A stretch of 56,348 nt of DNA. It comes from a virus (lineage: Duplodnaviria > Caudoviricetes). The notes beneath the pieces are model-generated. The model was not told where the DNA came from. It searched no databases and worked only from the letters and a program-made list of their open reading frames with translations. The stretch covers positions 1-56,348 of the IMG/VR virus record IMGVR_UViG_3300032260_000005, one strand, 5' to 3'. Below are positions 14,713 through 24,339 of this stretch, piece by piece. The position numbers were made by a program, and so were the translations under genes. Each line of letters starts with the position of its first letter. Position 1 is the stretch's first letter.

Positions 14713-15113
14713 AATTCACTATCGGCATTGACCCTGGTAAATCAACAGGGGTAGCAATCTACGACAGGCAGTCAAAAAAGCTGATCGCGCTATCCAATGA
14801 AAACTTCGTGTCCGCGCTGAAATTAATAAAGACCAGCGTGGCCCCTGACGATGTGTTTGCTTGCGTCGTGGAGGTGCCTCGGACTAAGGCAAACTGGCAC
14901 AAAGACAAATCTGGGACAACCGCACATAACATAGGAAGAGTATGCCGAGAAGCTGAGTTAATGTCAGCTATGCTTATGGATATGGGCTATAAGGTCATCA
15001 CGCAGCCTCCGAAGGGTAAGGTTAAGGCTAATGTATTTAAGCAAATAACAGGGTGGGAGGGTAGCTCTAATGAGCATACACGAGACGCAGCTATGCTGTG
15101 CTTTGACCTATGA
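14709..15113 (+). CDS. RuvC-like Holliday junction resolvase
   Basis: IGIDPGKSTGVA, VVEVP, NEHTRDAA. Confidence 0.8.
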   Translation: MKFTIGIDPGKSTGVAIYDRQSKKLIALSNENFVSALKLIKTSVAPDDVFACVVEVPRTKANWHKDKSGTTAHNIGRVCREAELMSAMLMDMGYKVITQPPKGKVKANVFKQITGWEGSSNEHTRDAAMLCFDL

Positions 15114-15409
15114 AGAATAGAGATAGAAAAGAGCTTAACAAAGCTAAACACAGGCCTTGCATCAGATGCGGAATAGACGGTGAAACAAGGGCATCACACT
15201 ATAACGGGTTCCGCTCATATGCTTACGGCAAGGGCAGAGGCATAAAAGGCTCTGATGTAGTCACAGCAGAATTTTGCCACAGGTGCGACGATACATTTTC
15301 AGAATCTAATTATCATAAGTGGGAAGGAGGAAGCAAAAATATTGAGAGGAGTGAGGAGTTCCTGCATTGGGTAATAATGACAAATATCAGACGAGCCGGT
15401 AATGACTAG
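15110..15409 (+). CDS. HNH-like/DUF1364-type nin-region protein
   Basis: PCIRC, GKGRGIKGSD, FCHRCD. Confidence 0.65.
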   Translation: MKNRDRKELNKAKHRPCIRCGIDGETRASHYNGFRSYAYGKGRGIKGSDVVTAEFCHRCDDTFSESNYHKWEGGSKNIERSEEFLHWVIMTNIRRAGND

Positions 15410-15490
15410 CATTATCAGTAAATAAACGAGCAATATTAATCACATAACCCACAAAGCTCGTCGCTTTGTGACTAGAAAAGGAGAAGGATC

Positions 15491-15694
15491 ATTTTAATTT
15501 TAACGAGAAGATGCGGTGAGAGCATTATGATTGGTGATGACGTAACCGTAACGGTGCTAGGCGTTAAGGGCAACCAGGTACGTATCGGGATTAATGCTCC
15601 ACGAGACGTATCGGTACACCGCGAAGAGATCTATGAAAGGATAAAACGGGAACAAGCAGGAAACAATCACATCACAACCGGAGCAAAAAACTAA
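15491..15694 (+). CDS. csrA: Carbon storage regulator CsrA/RsmA homolog with ATT start codon (absent from ORF track)
   Basis: (M)[51 protein letters not shown]; AAGGAG RBS; TAA overlaps next ATG. Confidence 0.93.
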   Translation: MLILTRRCGESIMIGDDVTVTVLGVKGNQVRIGINAPRDVSVHREEIYERIKREQAGNNHITTGAKN

Positions 15695-15885
15695 TGGCCG
15701 ACAAATCAGAAAAACCAATTAATGCAACCATCTCAATCGCAGGCAGTGAAAAGGAAAACTTCGATGCCGTCTATGCCCACATGACTACCACGCTGCCAGG
15801 CATCACGCCAAACAATGCGGATGTAATGCGGCATGCTTTGCATTTGGCTGCTAAATCGGTTCCGGTTCCTGCAAAAAAGGAATAG
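15694..15885 (+). CDS. Small ribbon-helix-helix-like DNA-binding protein
   Basis: Beta strand ATISI followed by two helices (NNADVMRHAL). Confidence 0.45.
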   Translation: MADKSEKPINATISIAGSEKENFDAVYAHMTTTLPGITPNNADVMRHALHLAAKSVPVPAKKE

Positions 15886-15910
15886 ATGAACAGTAGATAA
15901 AACAGAAACG

Positions 15911-15937
15911 GCCGCCAGCATTAACTAACTGGCGGCT
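15911..15937. terminator. Hairpin between convergent early and late operons
   Basis: GCCGCCAG ... CTGGCGGC. Confidence 0.55.
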
Positions 15938-15960
15938 GTTATCTACCCATTATCAGATTA

Positions 15961-18327
15961 CTAAGTCTCATTATCAGAGAAGCTTAACTCTTTCCAATTA
16001 GCTCCAAGCTTTAAAAGCATTAAAGTATCGTCCGTGTGAGTAAGGGCATGTGGCGATGATGACAATCTTATGTTTCCTGCTTCGTCCACATTAACAGTTC
16101 TAGCATTGCTTACAGCAGTGAGAATAATTATATCCCCCTCGCCACCTCCATTAATTGTAGACAAGGTGTCACTGGCTGCATCAGCCTCGGTATCAATCCA
16201 CCAATTAGAAATCTTTGCCCTTGTTGGAAGGGTAATGGCTGCTGCTGCAACGGTTAGCTCATTATTAGTAAAGTTAGATTGTAAATAATTGAGGTCAACA
16301 GTTAACTGATCATCGGTGCTGTTGGAATTGTAAGCACCAGATCCGCCATGATCAACATAGCCAGAAATATGAACAGGCTGCGTTATACCTCCACCAGCGT
16401 CAACATTAACTGCATAACCTGTTTGACTAGTGGCCGTGATATCCGTAATGTAGATATTTCTCAGAGCTTCGGTAGGCGAACTGATTTCAACGCAGTCAGC
16501 TGCACAAGTAGAGATTGAAGGCGACAAGATCTTAATATGTGACAGCGCACCCGATGCGTCAGAGAGCTTAATGCCAGAATCAGCCGTATCATCAATAGTT
16601 GGATCTGTAATCGTTACATAGGATGCATCTTCGATGAAAATACCATTGTATGACGATGTGCCCACATTCTCCTGCTTCATTACAGAGAAACCAGTGACGG
16701 TAACGCCATCAGCTTGCATGATCCTTAAACCGTCTTCGTTAGAGCTTGACGCACCACCGAAAGAGCAATCCCTTACTAACAGGCCATTAATGGTAATATC
16801 CTGAGTTCTAAACGCGCCAGTATCTTGGATTTTAAACCCACACTGACCAGGACGGATGGCTTGCACATTAGAAAACGTCAACGACCTGGATGCATTGGTT
16901 GTTGAGCTGCCTATCCTTAAAGCATGCTCTCCAGCATCTGCGAGCATTAAATTAGAAAAATCTGAATACCTTATCTCTGATAGTAAAACGCTATTATGCC
17001 CGGGTGATGTTGTGGCGTTAGCTGATTTTGTGTGCGCCTTAACCCCGTTAACTTGGAGATTGTCACACACATCAGCATAAAGCCCCCTGACAAACGTATC
17101 AATGCGAATATCATCAATGGTTATATCTTCACCTGATGCATTTACCGTTCTATCCCAGCTAGAAACCGTTAGCCCGTTCGCTTTGATCCTATCACCGATT
17201 AAACGAATAGCGCCGTGGTCGTTTAGTGCTGTGTTAGCCTGTTGGTCTGTTGATGTTACTGAAATATTCAATAACTGACTGTCATCACCTACAACCAATC
17301 CACGATTTACTGTGAATGAGGTAGCAACATTGATTGTGAGGTTTTCAGCATAGCAATCAGTGCCTAGTGAAAATATAGGAGTTGAGTCAGCAATAGTCCC
17401 CTCAAGTGAAATGGTCGCTCCATTACCATATAGTGTGAAATTATTGCTACCTGCCATCCCGCTTGTGATTTTATAGGTTGAAGCAGGATTCATACTGAAG
17501 CTGCGAGACACATTGGAGGCCTTGGTTAGAGCGGTTGTATCATCTGCTGAGCCATCGCCAACTATCCCGGCAGCTTCAATAGGCAAAATAACATCATCAC
17601 GCATCCAGCAACCAACCCCAACCCCAGTGCCTTGCCCGGACGCGCCGTAGTATGTGGTATCTATAGTTGCCTGCGTACCATCCCATCCACCCAAGGTATC
17701 TGTGTCAATAATGGTTATACCGTTTGCATTTGCTTTATCTTGCGATGAGTCCCAGTAGAAAATACCGCCGCCCCCCCTTGATGCCGAGTAAAATGCATTG
17801 ACCTGAACTGTATTGGCTGCCTGAACAGCATTTGTAATCATCAAATAAACAGATGCATAAGCAGCATTAACTAAATTGGTCACTCTAAGTTCGTCAGTGT
17901 CTTTTGACGCGCCAAGAACAAGTGCCTTACTTGCTACCGCTGTTCCGGCTACCGATCCGTCTACTAAATTCAACTCTGCTGCTGTTGATGTGACTCCATC
18001 GAGAATATTTAACTCTGCCGCTGTTGATGTGACTCCTAGCGTAACAAGTTGGGCAGCTGCATTAGCATCATCTACTAAAGCTCTACCAGCAGCGGTAAAA
18101 TCTGCTTCAGCATAAGTATCAACGCCAGTCGCATAGGGAAGCTTGTCAGCAGCCGTAGCTAGAGCGGCTAAAGACGTTAAGCTGGCATCGACGTTTTGCT
18201 TAGCCGCATCTACCGCTTGAATATCTGTATCAACACTAGCAAACCCAGTTTCAATCCCCTCAAGATCGACCTCTGCCATCTTGTCTATGCCGTCTTTTTT
18301 CGCATTTGTGTAATATGGGCCAGCCAT
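15961..18327 (-). CDS. Tailspike, pectate-lyase-like parallel beta-helix
   Basis: Phage fibre N-terminus (LTSLAALATAADKLPY), GIVGDGSADDTTAL, beta-helix repeats. Confidence 0.85.
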   Translation of the reverse strand: MAGPYYTNAKKDGIDKMAEVDLEGIETGFASVDTDIQAVDAAKQNVDASLTSLAALATAADKLPYATGVDTYAEADFTAAGRALVDDANAAAQLVTLGVTSTAAELNILDGVTSTAAELNLVDGSVAGTAVASKALVLGASKDTDELRVTNLVNAAYASVYLMITNAVQAANTVQVNAFYSASRGGGGIFYWDSSQDKANANGITIIDTDTLGGWDGTQATIDTTYYGASGQGTGVGVGCWMRDDVILPIEAAGIVGDGSADDTTALTKASNVSRSFSMNPASTYKITSGMAGSNNFTLYGNGATISLEGTIADSTPIFSLGTDCYAENLTINVATSFTVNRGLVVGDDSQLLNISVTSTDQQANTALNDHGAIRLIGDRIKANGLTVSSWDRTVNASGEDITIDDIRIDTFVRGLYADVCDNLQVNGVKAHTKSANATTSPGHNSVLLSEIRYSDFSNLMLADAGEHALRIGSSTTNASRSLTFSNVQAIRPGQCGFKIQDTGAFRTQDITINGLLVRDCSFGGASSSNEDGLRIMQADGVTVTGFSVMKQENVGTSSYNGIFIEDASYVTITDPTIDDTADSGIKLSDASGALSHIKILSPSISTCAADCVEISSPTEALRNIYITDITATSQTGYAVNVDAGGGITQPVHISGYVDHGGSGAYNSNSTDDQLTVDLNYLQSNFTNNELTVAAAAITLPTRAKISNWWIDTEADAASDTLSTINGGGEGDIIILTAVSNARTVNVDEAGNIRLSSSPHALTHTDDTLMLLKLGANWKELSFSDNET

Positions 18328-18338
18328 GATTTATACCT

Positions 18339-18659
18339 CTAGTGGGTTTTCTTTTGTAGTGGAATTATGTCGTAATATTCACATAGACCATTGCCGCGAT
18401 CACCAACAGGCTTTACCCTCAATGCTTGTTGTGGTTTATCGATTAATTCTATTAGCCGGTTTTGAGCTGTTATAAGCCGCGTCATCTCCTTTATGAGCGC
18501 ATCGTTACTCATTGTCTCTATCATTGTCTGAGCAAGCTTAGTCGCTGCCTCTGCGCTACGTTGAGCCTCTTTTGCCGCATCCATAGCAACCTTGGCCGTA
18601 ATATCCTCTCTAGGCTTGGCAGGTAAAACCTTTTCCTCTTTGACGTATTCTCTTTTCAT
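18339..18659 (-). CDS. Hypothetical protein
   Basis: 106 aa, translationally coupled in late operon. Confidence 0.65.
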   Translation of the reverse strand: MKREYVKEEKVLPAKPREDITAKVAMDAAKEAQRSAEAATKLAQTMIETMSNDALIKEMTRLITAQNRLIELIDKPQQALRVKPVGDRGNGLCEYYDIIPLQKKTH

Positions 18660-21403
18660 TTTTTACCCAAACAGGCTATAACTTCATTGAGTTTCTTAAT
18701 ACGCTCTACGAGACCCATTTCAAGCCGCTTCCCATTCTTGTCGTACTTGCCTAAAACGGTTTCGGTAACTTCGGCGCTGTTCGCGCTAAATGTGCCAATG
18801 TCGATCTTTACCCTTATATCCTTGTTTGCTTTGCGAATCTCTGCATCGGTCTGGCGCTTGGCAAAAACCGCTTCAGCTTCAGCTTTCTTCTTTGTCTCGG
18901 CTGCTTCTCTGTCAGCTCTGCGCTTATCAGACTTGGCCTTTAGCTCTTCTCTGCGTTGTTGTGGCTTGGTTTTGGGCTTTTCGACTGCCTCTTTGATTTC
19001 AGTGGACTTTTCTTGAGCTGGCTTAGGTTCTTCTGCTTTCCTAAAGTCAATTACCGGAATAGCGCCCATGCCAAGCTCTTTTGCTGCTATCGCTCTATGC
19101 CGCCCATCCTCTTCACCATTCTCATAAATAGCCAATGGATCGAGTGTTTTCCCGCTATTGATATGATCCTTTAATATATCAATGTTTTCTCTTGATTCTT
19201 CATCTATCGTTAATGGCTTTACCTGATCAAGAAATGCATCTGGCGATATTTCTACTATCCTTCCTCCCCTAGCCTTGTAATCAGAATCACCGTACCACTC
19301 GCCTCTATCAGCTATCGGATATTCTTTTACCTCACCCGCAACACCAGCAGGTTCCACTTCTGGCTTAGCCACAGCTTTAGCAGGCTTCTCGACTGGGGCA
19401 GGCTTAATCTCAACAGGCTTTTGAGCTGCTTTAGCTCTTTGCTCAATTGCTCTATCTGATTCAATCTGGTCTTTTCTTGCTTGAACATCAGACTCTTCCT
19501 GCTGTTTTAATTCGTATTCACGCTGTCTAACCTGTAGCTCTACAGATGCTGCATATGCCTCTGGAGTGCGTACAGCCTCACCACGAAGCCTGGTATTGAC
19601 CGCGTTAAGGAGGTCATTCTTGTCTTTGAACGTGAAGCCTTCCTGATTAACAGCTTCAAGCATGCCATCAACAGAGTCACCTTCTTTGGTAAATACACCT
19701 TTACTGTAATTTGTATCAGCCGGGTCAAGCCCCTCAGTTGCGGCCTCTGTTTTTGTAATCCCGCCCTTTCTTTTAATAACCTCGAATAGATCCCCAGCCT
19801 TTTCCTTCTTTTCTAGCTGGGTCTCTTCGCGTATCGCTGTTTTCTCAGCAAGTATCTTGGCCTTTACTTCAGCGCTTTCTACCTTCTTATCGGCCTCGTT
19901 AAGCTCCTTATATTCTTTCTGAAGCTCGGATAGTTTGGTCTCTCTGGCTGTCTTATGGGCTAATTTGTAATCAGCTTCCTGCTCTGCTCGATCGGTTTTA
20001 GACTCAGCGGGATAAACCTCCTGCTCAGCCTGCATCATGTCTGGCAACGGCTTCCTGAATGCGGCCTGCATTGCACTTTCTAGTTTTGGCGCGCCACGAT
20101 CAACATCGGCTTGTTGCGCTGCTTTGCGCTTTTCTATAATCGCCCTAACCCTAGGGGTTCTTACCCTGACCTCTTCAGCTATTGCCCTAACCTTATCCTT
20201 GCGCTGCTGCTCTTTAAAGTATTGCTCTCCCTTTAGCCGATCTTCTTCTAATTGATAATCAGCTACGTCTAGTGGCACTTCTTGTGAAAGAGGCGCTACA
20301 TCAACCTGCTCCATCGTAGGCGCAGCTATATCTACTGGCGCATCTACTATTGCACTGGCGTTGGCTAGTGTTTCGTCTAGTGACCCGGTGTTTAATGTTG
20401 CGTCTTCGATTTCATCAAGACTAATTGGCTTTCTTTCTGGCACTGAAGGGATGCCGCCAACACCGCCCATTACTGTGCCGCCAATAGCGCCAGCAGCAGC
20501 TGCATTCATCATCATTGATGCTAAATCTTCAGGTAAATCATGGTCGGTGATGAAGGATTTTGTAGCTTCCTCTATTACTGTTTGCAGTGCCTCAGTAATA
20601 CCCTCAAAACCGGCTTGAGAAGCGGCCATCGAGCCTATTCGCTTCCCTATGCCCATCTGCGCGTATTTAGCCTGGAGTGCCTTAGAAAGCCCTCCCCCAA
20701 AACCTAACTGTTTGGCAACCCGCATTACAGGCAGAACATCCAGTGCACCAGCAGCAACACCACCTGCGATTGACGAAGCAATGGCTTTCGCCCCCTCAAA
20801 TCCCTCGGCAGCCACATCACCATAAATCTCCCCCGTTTCCATACCCATAGCACCAACAGCAGCGCCTTGCATCTGTCCTTTTGCAGCAGCTCTTTGCAAT
20901 ATTCTTGACATTGCCTTTTTGCTGACTTCTTTACCTACGTTCTTTTTGAGGTAATTAGCAATACTCTTTTTTGCAACCTGCCTAGCCAGAACGCCACCAA
21001 CGCCACCCGTAGCAATAACGCTTGCAACCGTGGGCGCTAGTTGACCAATTGAACCCATAGCCCAGTCAGCAAAATCATTCGCACCATGTATATCTTCAAT
21101 CCTTTGGACTCTAGGCGCATTGGCTTGAGCTTCAGCTACATTTTCTTCATAGCCTTCAATGCCCCACTTTCTTAACGGATCCCAGCCAGTTGCATCACCA
21201 GCCAGCGCAGCCAACCCATATCCAAGACCTTGCGTTAGATCAATGCCAGAAGAAATTCCTTTTGTTATTTCAAGCCTGTCATCCTCCTCTTTGGGGCCAG
21301 ATTCAAACTGACTAAAGTAATCAGACGCATGCGAGCTTATACCCTCTGCTGGAGTAGCATCTTGTTCAAATGACTTAAAATATTCGTCAGAATACTTGCT
21401 CAT
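18656..21403 (-). CDS. Internal virion (ejection) protein with ParB-like domain
   Basis: Gly/Ala-rich N-terminal third; DPLAIY...DGRHRAIAAKELGMGAIPV. Confidence 0.7.
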   Translation of the reverse strand: MSKYSDEYFKSFEQDATPAEGISSHASDYFSQFESGPKEEDDRLEITKGISSGIDLTQGLGYGLAALAGDATGWDPLRKWGIEGYEENVAEAQANAPRVQRIEDIHGANDFADWAMGSIGQLAPTVASVIATGGVGGVLARQVAKKSIANYLKKNVGKEVSKKAMSRILQRAAAKGQMQGAAVGAMGMETGEIYGDVAAEGFEGAKAIASSIAGGVAAGALDVLPVMRVAKQLGFGGGLSKALQAKYAQMGIGKRIGSMAASQAGFEGITEALQTVIEEATKSFITDHDLPEDLASMMMNAAAAGAIGGTVMGGVGGIPSVPERKPISLDEIEDATLNTGSLDETLANASAIVDAPVDIAAPTMEQVDVAPLSQEVPLDVADYQLEEDRLKGEQYFKEQQRKDKVRAIAEEVRVRTPRVRAIIEKRKAAQQADVDRGAPKLESAMQAAFRKPLPDMMQAEQEVYPAESKTDRAEQEADYKLAHKTARETKLSELQKEYKELNEADKKVESAEVKAKILAEKTAIREETQLEKKEKAGDLFEVIKRKGGITKTEAATEGLDPADTNYSKGVFTKEGDSVDGMLEAVNQEGFTFKDKNDLLNAVNTRLRGEAVRTPEAYAASVELQVRQREYELKQQEESDVQARKDQIESDRAIEQRAKAAQKPVEIKPAPVEKPAKAVAKPEVEPAGVAGEVKEYPIADRGEWYGDSDYKARGGRIVEISPDAFLDQVKPLTIDEESRENIDILKDHINSGKTLDPLAIYENGEEDGRHRAIAAKELGMGAIPVIDFRKAEEPKPAQEKSTEIKEAVEKPKTKPQQRREELKAKSDKRRADREAAETKKKAEAEAVFAKRQTDAEIRKANKDIRVKIDIGTFSANSAEVTETVLGKYDKNGKRLEMGLVERIKKLNEVIACLGKK

Positions 21404-22455
21404 TTACTAAGCCTTTTTAGCTCTGTCTCTGCCCATTTATCACCGGCCTTGGCTAACTCTCTCAGGAGTTCAATAGCCTGGCTTTGTCTTTTAGGATCTA
21501 ACGAAGCCCAAGATCTAACCAAGCCCTCAGCTAGCGGTTTGTCCTTAGATACATCCCCAGTAAACAAAGGAGACACTGCACCCACCCCGGCCAATAACCC
21601 ACGGCCAACAGCTCCAGCGCCCTTTTCTGCTATTGTGGATAAGCTGCTTCCTTCAGCCTTGGCCTTCTGGCGCTCTTCCATTGCTGTTAGTGGCTTTGCT
21701 GGTACAGATTCTTTCGCAGGTATCTTCGGTGCTTTAGTTGCTGCCTTAGTGATTCGACCGCTCCTAACAGCCTCCTGCACATCTTTTTCTATCTCAGAAT
21801 CAGACATGCCTTTTGATTTTAGTGCTGCACGTAAACCAGCCTCAGTTGGGCCAGAAGGTGCTTGTGTGGGTTTGCCCATTATATCTTCAGGTTGCTCACC
21901 AGACATAAGGCGTTGTTTTGTTTGTGATATGAATGCTTTTTTACCACCCCATTTACTAAAGTCTGTTGCGTCAGTTGCTCCCCAGGTTGAAATATTATCA
22001 GCCATATCTTCAGCCAGAGTAGAAGCCTCGGTTTCATCCATGCCTGAAGGCCCAGCCACACCCATTGGTGCAGGCACAAACCCGCCGATAGTTTCATCCC
22101 ATATAAAAGGAGCGTCATCTATCATTTGAACTTTAGGCGCTTTAGGTGGGGTTCCTTTTTTCCCTGCTGCCTTTAGTTCTAGTTCTCTTTTGTGCTTGGT
22201 CGTAGCCTGAATATCCTCACGCTTGTTGGCCTCAGACAGAAGCCCCGCCTTGTGAGTCCGTGACTCAGATAGCGTCTCAGACTCACGCTTTTCACTATAA
22301 GCCCGATCCTCTTGCTTAATTCCAGCCAATCTAGCCGCACGCCTTTCCTCCATCTTTGAATCAAGAACACCTTCGGCATAGTCCTGCCCAGCTTGCGCAA
22401 GCCCTTTAGCAGCGCCAGTAAGTAAACCCATTACATCGCCCCCTGCTTTATCCAA
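21400..22455 (-). CDS. Probable internal virion protein (likely start at MGLLTG, 22431)
   Basis: Gly/Ala-rich N-terminus, position in ejection cluster. Confidence 0.6.
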   Translation of the reverse strand: MDKAGGDVMGLLTGAAKGLAQAGQDYAEGVLDSKMEERRAARLAGIKQEDRAYSEKRESETLSESRTHKAGLLSEANKREDIQATTKHKRELELKAAGKKGTPPKAPKVQMIDDAPFIWDETIGGFVPAPMGVAGPSGMDETEASTLAEDMADNISTWGATDATDFSKWGGKKAFISQTKQRLMSGEQPEDIMGKPTQAPSGPTEAGLRAALKSKGMSDSEIEKDVQEAVRSGRITKAATKAPKIPAKESVPAKPLTAMEERQKAKAEGSSLSTIAEKGAGAVGRGLLAGVGAVSPLFTGDVSKDKPLAEGLVRSWASLDPKRQSQAIELLRELAKAGDKWAETELKRLSK

Positions 22456-22597
22456 GCATCATCAACAAGCTTGTATCTAATGCCTCCTCTAACGGCATGC
22501 AGAATGCCTGCGATCATCATGCATGTTGTCACTTGCCCAGAACCAGGTACGGGAGGCCCTAACTTTTTATAGCCTGGTATAGTCTTATATAAACCCA

Positions 22598-23182
22598 TTA
22601 CATCCCCCCTTGTGGCCCCATTGGTGCAGGCTGTTGAGCCGGTTGCTCTTGTTGAGGCGGTTGCTGACCAGCTGACTTTTGAGCCTGCTGCCTGATAGTG
22701 GCAACCAACTGAGACAGTTCTTCAAGCTCTTGAGGTGATATTTTACCCGCATTTGTCTTGCCCCACCCCTCAAGAATAAGAGCCTGAGCTTCTAAGGCTT
22801 GTTCTTCACTAATATCTGTAATTACCCCGCCTTCCATAATGTCTTGAAGGATTATCTCAAATAGCTTTGTTCCAACCTCAGATAACAGGGCAAGTGGAAT
22901 ATCTTGGTTTTCAGACTGCAATCGCTCAAGCATGCCTAAAACCGCTGTAGCCATAGCCGTTGCAAAACCTTCCGGGCCGTGCTGCTGGAACATCTTCACC
23001 ATGTTCTCAAGGTTGCCCTCGCCAGGTGAGTAAAGGATTTTAACCGCCTGATCAACCAAGACCTTGGCCTCTGGTGACACCTGAAGCTCTCCCATGCTGG
23101 GATCTTGCTCTTGCTGCGTAGACTGTTGAGCAGGCTGCTGCGTAGGTTCTTGACTGTTTAATAGGCCATTAGGCATTACCAT
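22598..23182 (-). CDS. Gln-rich hypothetical virion-associated protein
   Basis: 194 aa, late operon. Confidence 0.6.
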   Translation of the reverse strand: MVMPNGLLNSQEPTQQPAQQSTQQEQDPSMGELQVSPEAKVLVDQAVKILYSPGEGNLENMVKMFQQHGPEGFATAMATAVLGMLERLQSENQDIPLALLSEVGTKLFEIILQDIMEGGVITDISEEQALEAQALILEGWGKTNAGKISPQELEELSQLVATIRQQAQKSAGQQPPQQEQPAQQPAPMGPQGGM

Positions 23183-23918
23183 TACCCCTCTGTTCTTCTA
23201 GCATTCTCTTGTAATTAGGCAAAACTGCCCCGGTTTTATGCTCTGCTGGGCCTTGCTCCATTAGCGTTTGATATTGTGATTTATATCCGCTATCCGCTAG
23301 GGTTTGATTTACATCCGAAACATTCCTAACTTGATTTGGATCAAATGTCTGATGCTCTCTCTCATAGCTCTCTGCATCCGTTCTTTCTTTCCAGTCCCTA
23401 TACTTTTGTTCCTCTTCCTCTTTCCAGTCTCTCTGCTCTTCGGCTTCTTGCGCTTGAGCCATTCCACCAAGAACTTGCGACCCAACTTTAACCAGCTCTG
23501 GATTCTTGTTCATCCAGTTACCAGCCTTGCTTGCCATGTTGCTTACGCTAGACAGCAGTCCGCCTCCACCCGGTGTTACAGCCCCTGTGGCGGCTGGTGC
23601 CGAACTTAGCAGCCCCGTGCTTGTTGCATTTGCCAGAGGTACGGTAGCAGGGGAAAACGACCCGGCCAACTGAGTAGCATTGGGAGCCATATTTAATACT
23701 TGAGAGCCACCATAGGTGACTTGACCAGCATTGGCTAATGGAGCTGAAGCAGTCGTCCCAGCGGCGGCACCAGCGGCACCACCGCCCGCGCTCATCAACC
23801 CCCCAGCGCCCATGCCAGCAATAGCACCAACCATTGCGTTTCCTGTTATGCTGGTTACTACTTTGCTAACAACGGCGCTAATAACCATTTTAGCGATAAA
23901 CGGTACGGCAGGAGCCAT
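23169..23918 (-). CDS. Probable ejection/pilot protein
   Basis: Hydrophobic Gly/Ala-rich N-terminus directly after GNAT gene. Confidence 0.6.
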   Translation of the reverse strand: MAPAVPFIAKMVISAVVSKVVTSITGNAMVGAIAGMGAGGLMSAGGGAAGAAAGTTASAPLANAGQVTYGGSQVLNMAPNATQLAGSFSPATVPLANATSTGLLSSAPAATGAVTPGGGGLLSSVSNMASKAGNWMNKNPELVKVGSQVLGGMAQAQEAEEQRDWKEEEEQKYRDWKERTDAESYEREHQTFDPNQVRNVSDVNQTLADSGYKSQYQTLMEQGPAEHKTGAVLPNYKRMLEEQRGNGNA

Positions 23919-23919
23919 G

Positions 23920-24339
23920 TTATACCTCTCTCGCGAAGACTTGCCCCGCCTTTTTGTAGCCTAATTTCATTAGGAGATTGTCATATCGTTCATTAACGAC
24001 CAAGCTTGTTATGTTTACCATTTCAGCATCTTGCTCTTCTGCCCAAATATGAAAGCGCTTTAATAATTTATCTGTGCTTCTTGTGGAGTAGAAAATAACG
24101 TCACTCGCTATTTTGCAACCCCACACATTCTTATCTACACCACCGCCCATAACACCAACGATCTTTCCTTTGTGCTCAACGACCTCACAAAAGAAATTAG
24201 GCATACACACGCCAAAAGATAACATCCGCCTAATCTGCCACTCGTTGAAGCTAGTGTTTTTAAACATAGTGTTCTGATGAGCGACCCTAAACAGAGGCAT
24301 CAGCTCGTCAATATCTTCAAGTTTGGCCTTACGTATCAC
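23920..24339 (-). CDS. GNAT-family acetyltransferase-like protein
   Basis: MIRKAKLEDI ... GKIVG ... LLMKLGY. Confidence 0.8.
   Translation of the reverse strand: MIRKAKLEDIDELMPLFRVAHQNTMFKNTSFNEWQIRRMLSFGVCMPNFFCEVVEHKGKIVGVMGGGVDKNVWGCKIASDVIFYSTRSTDKLLKRFHIWAEEQDAEMVNITSLVVNERYDNLLMKLGYKKAGQVFAREV

Noticed and set aside
12969-15113. Phage-encoded integrase for the arrays
   Set aside because: These are Rad52-like, DnaQ-like, NinB-like and RuvC-like proteins; no R-H-R-Y tyrosine or serine recombinase motifs seen here or elsewhere
15961-18327. Diversity-generating retroelement target
   Set aside because: No reverse transcriptase and no TR/VR repeat pair seen
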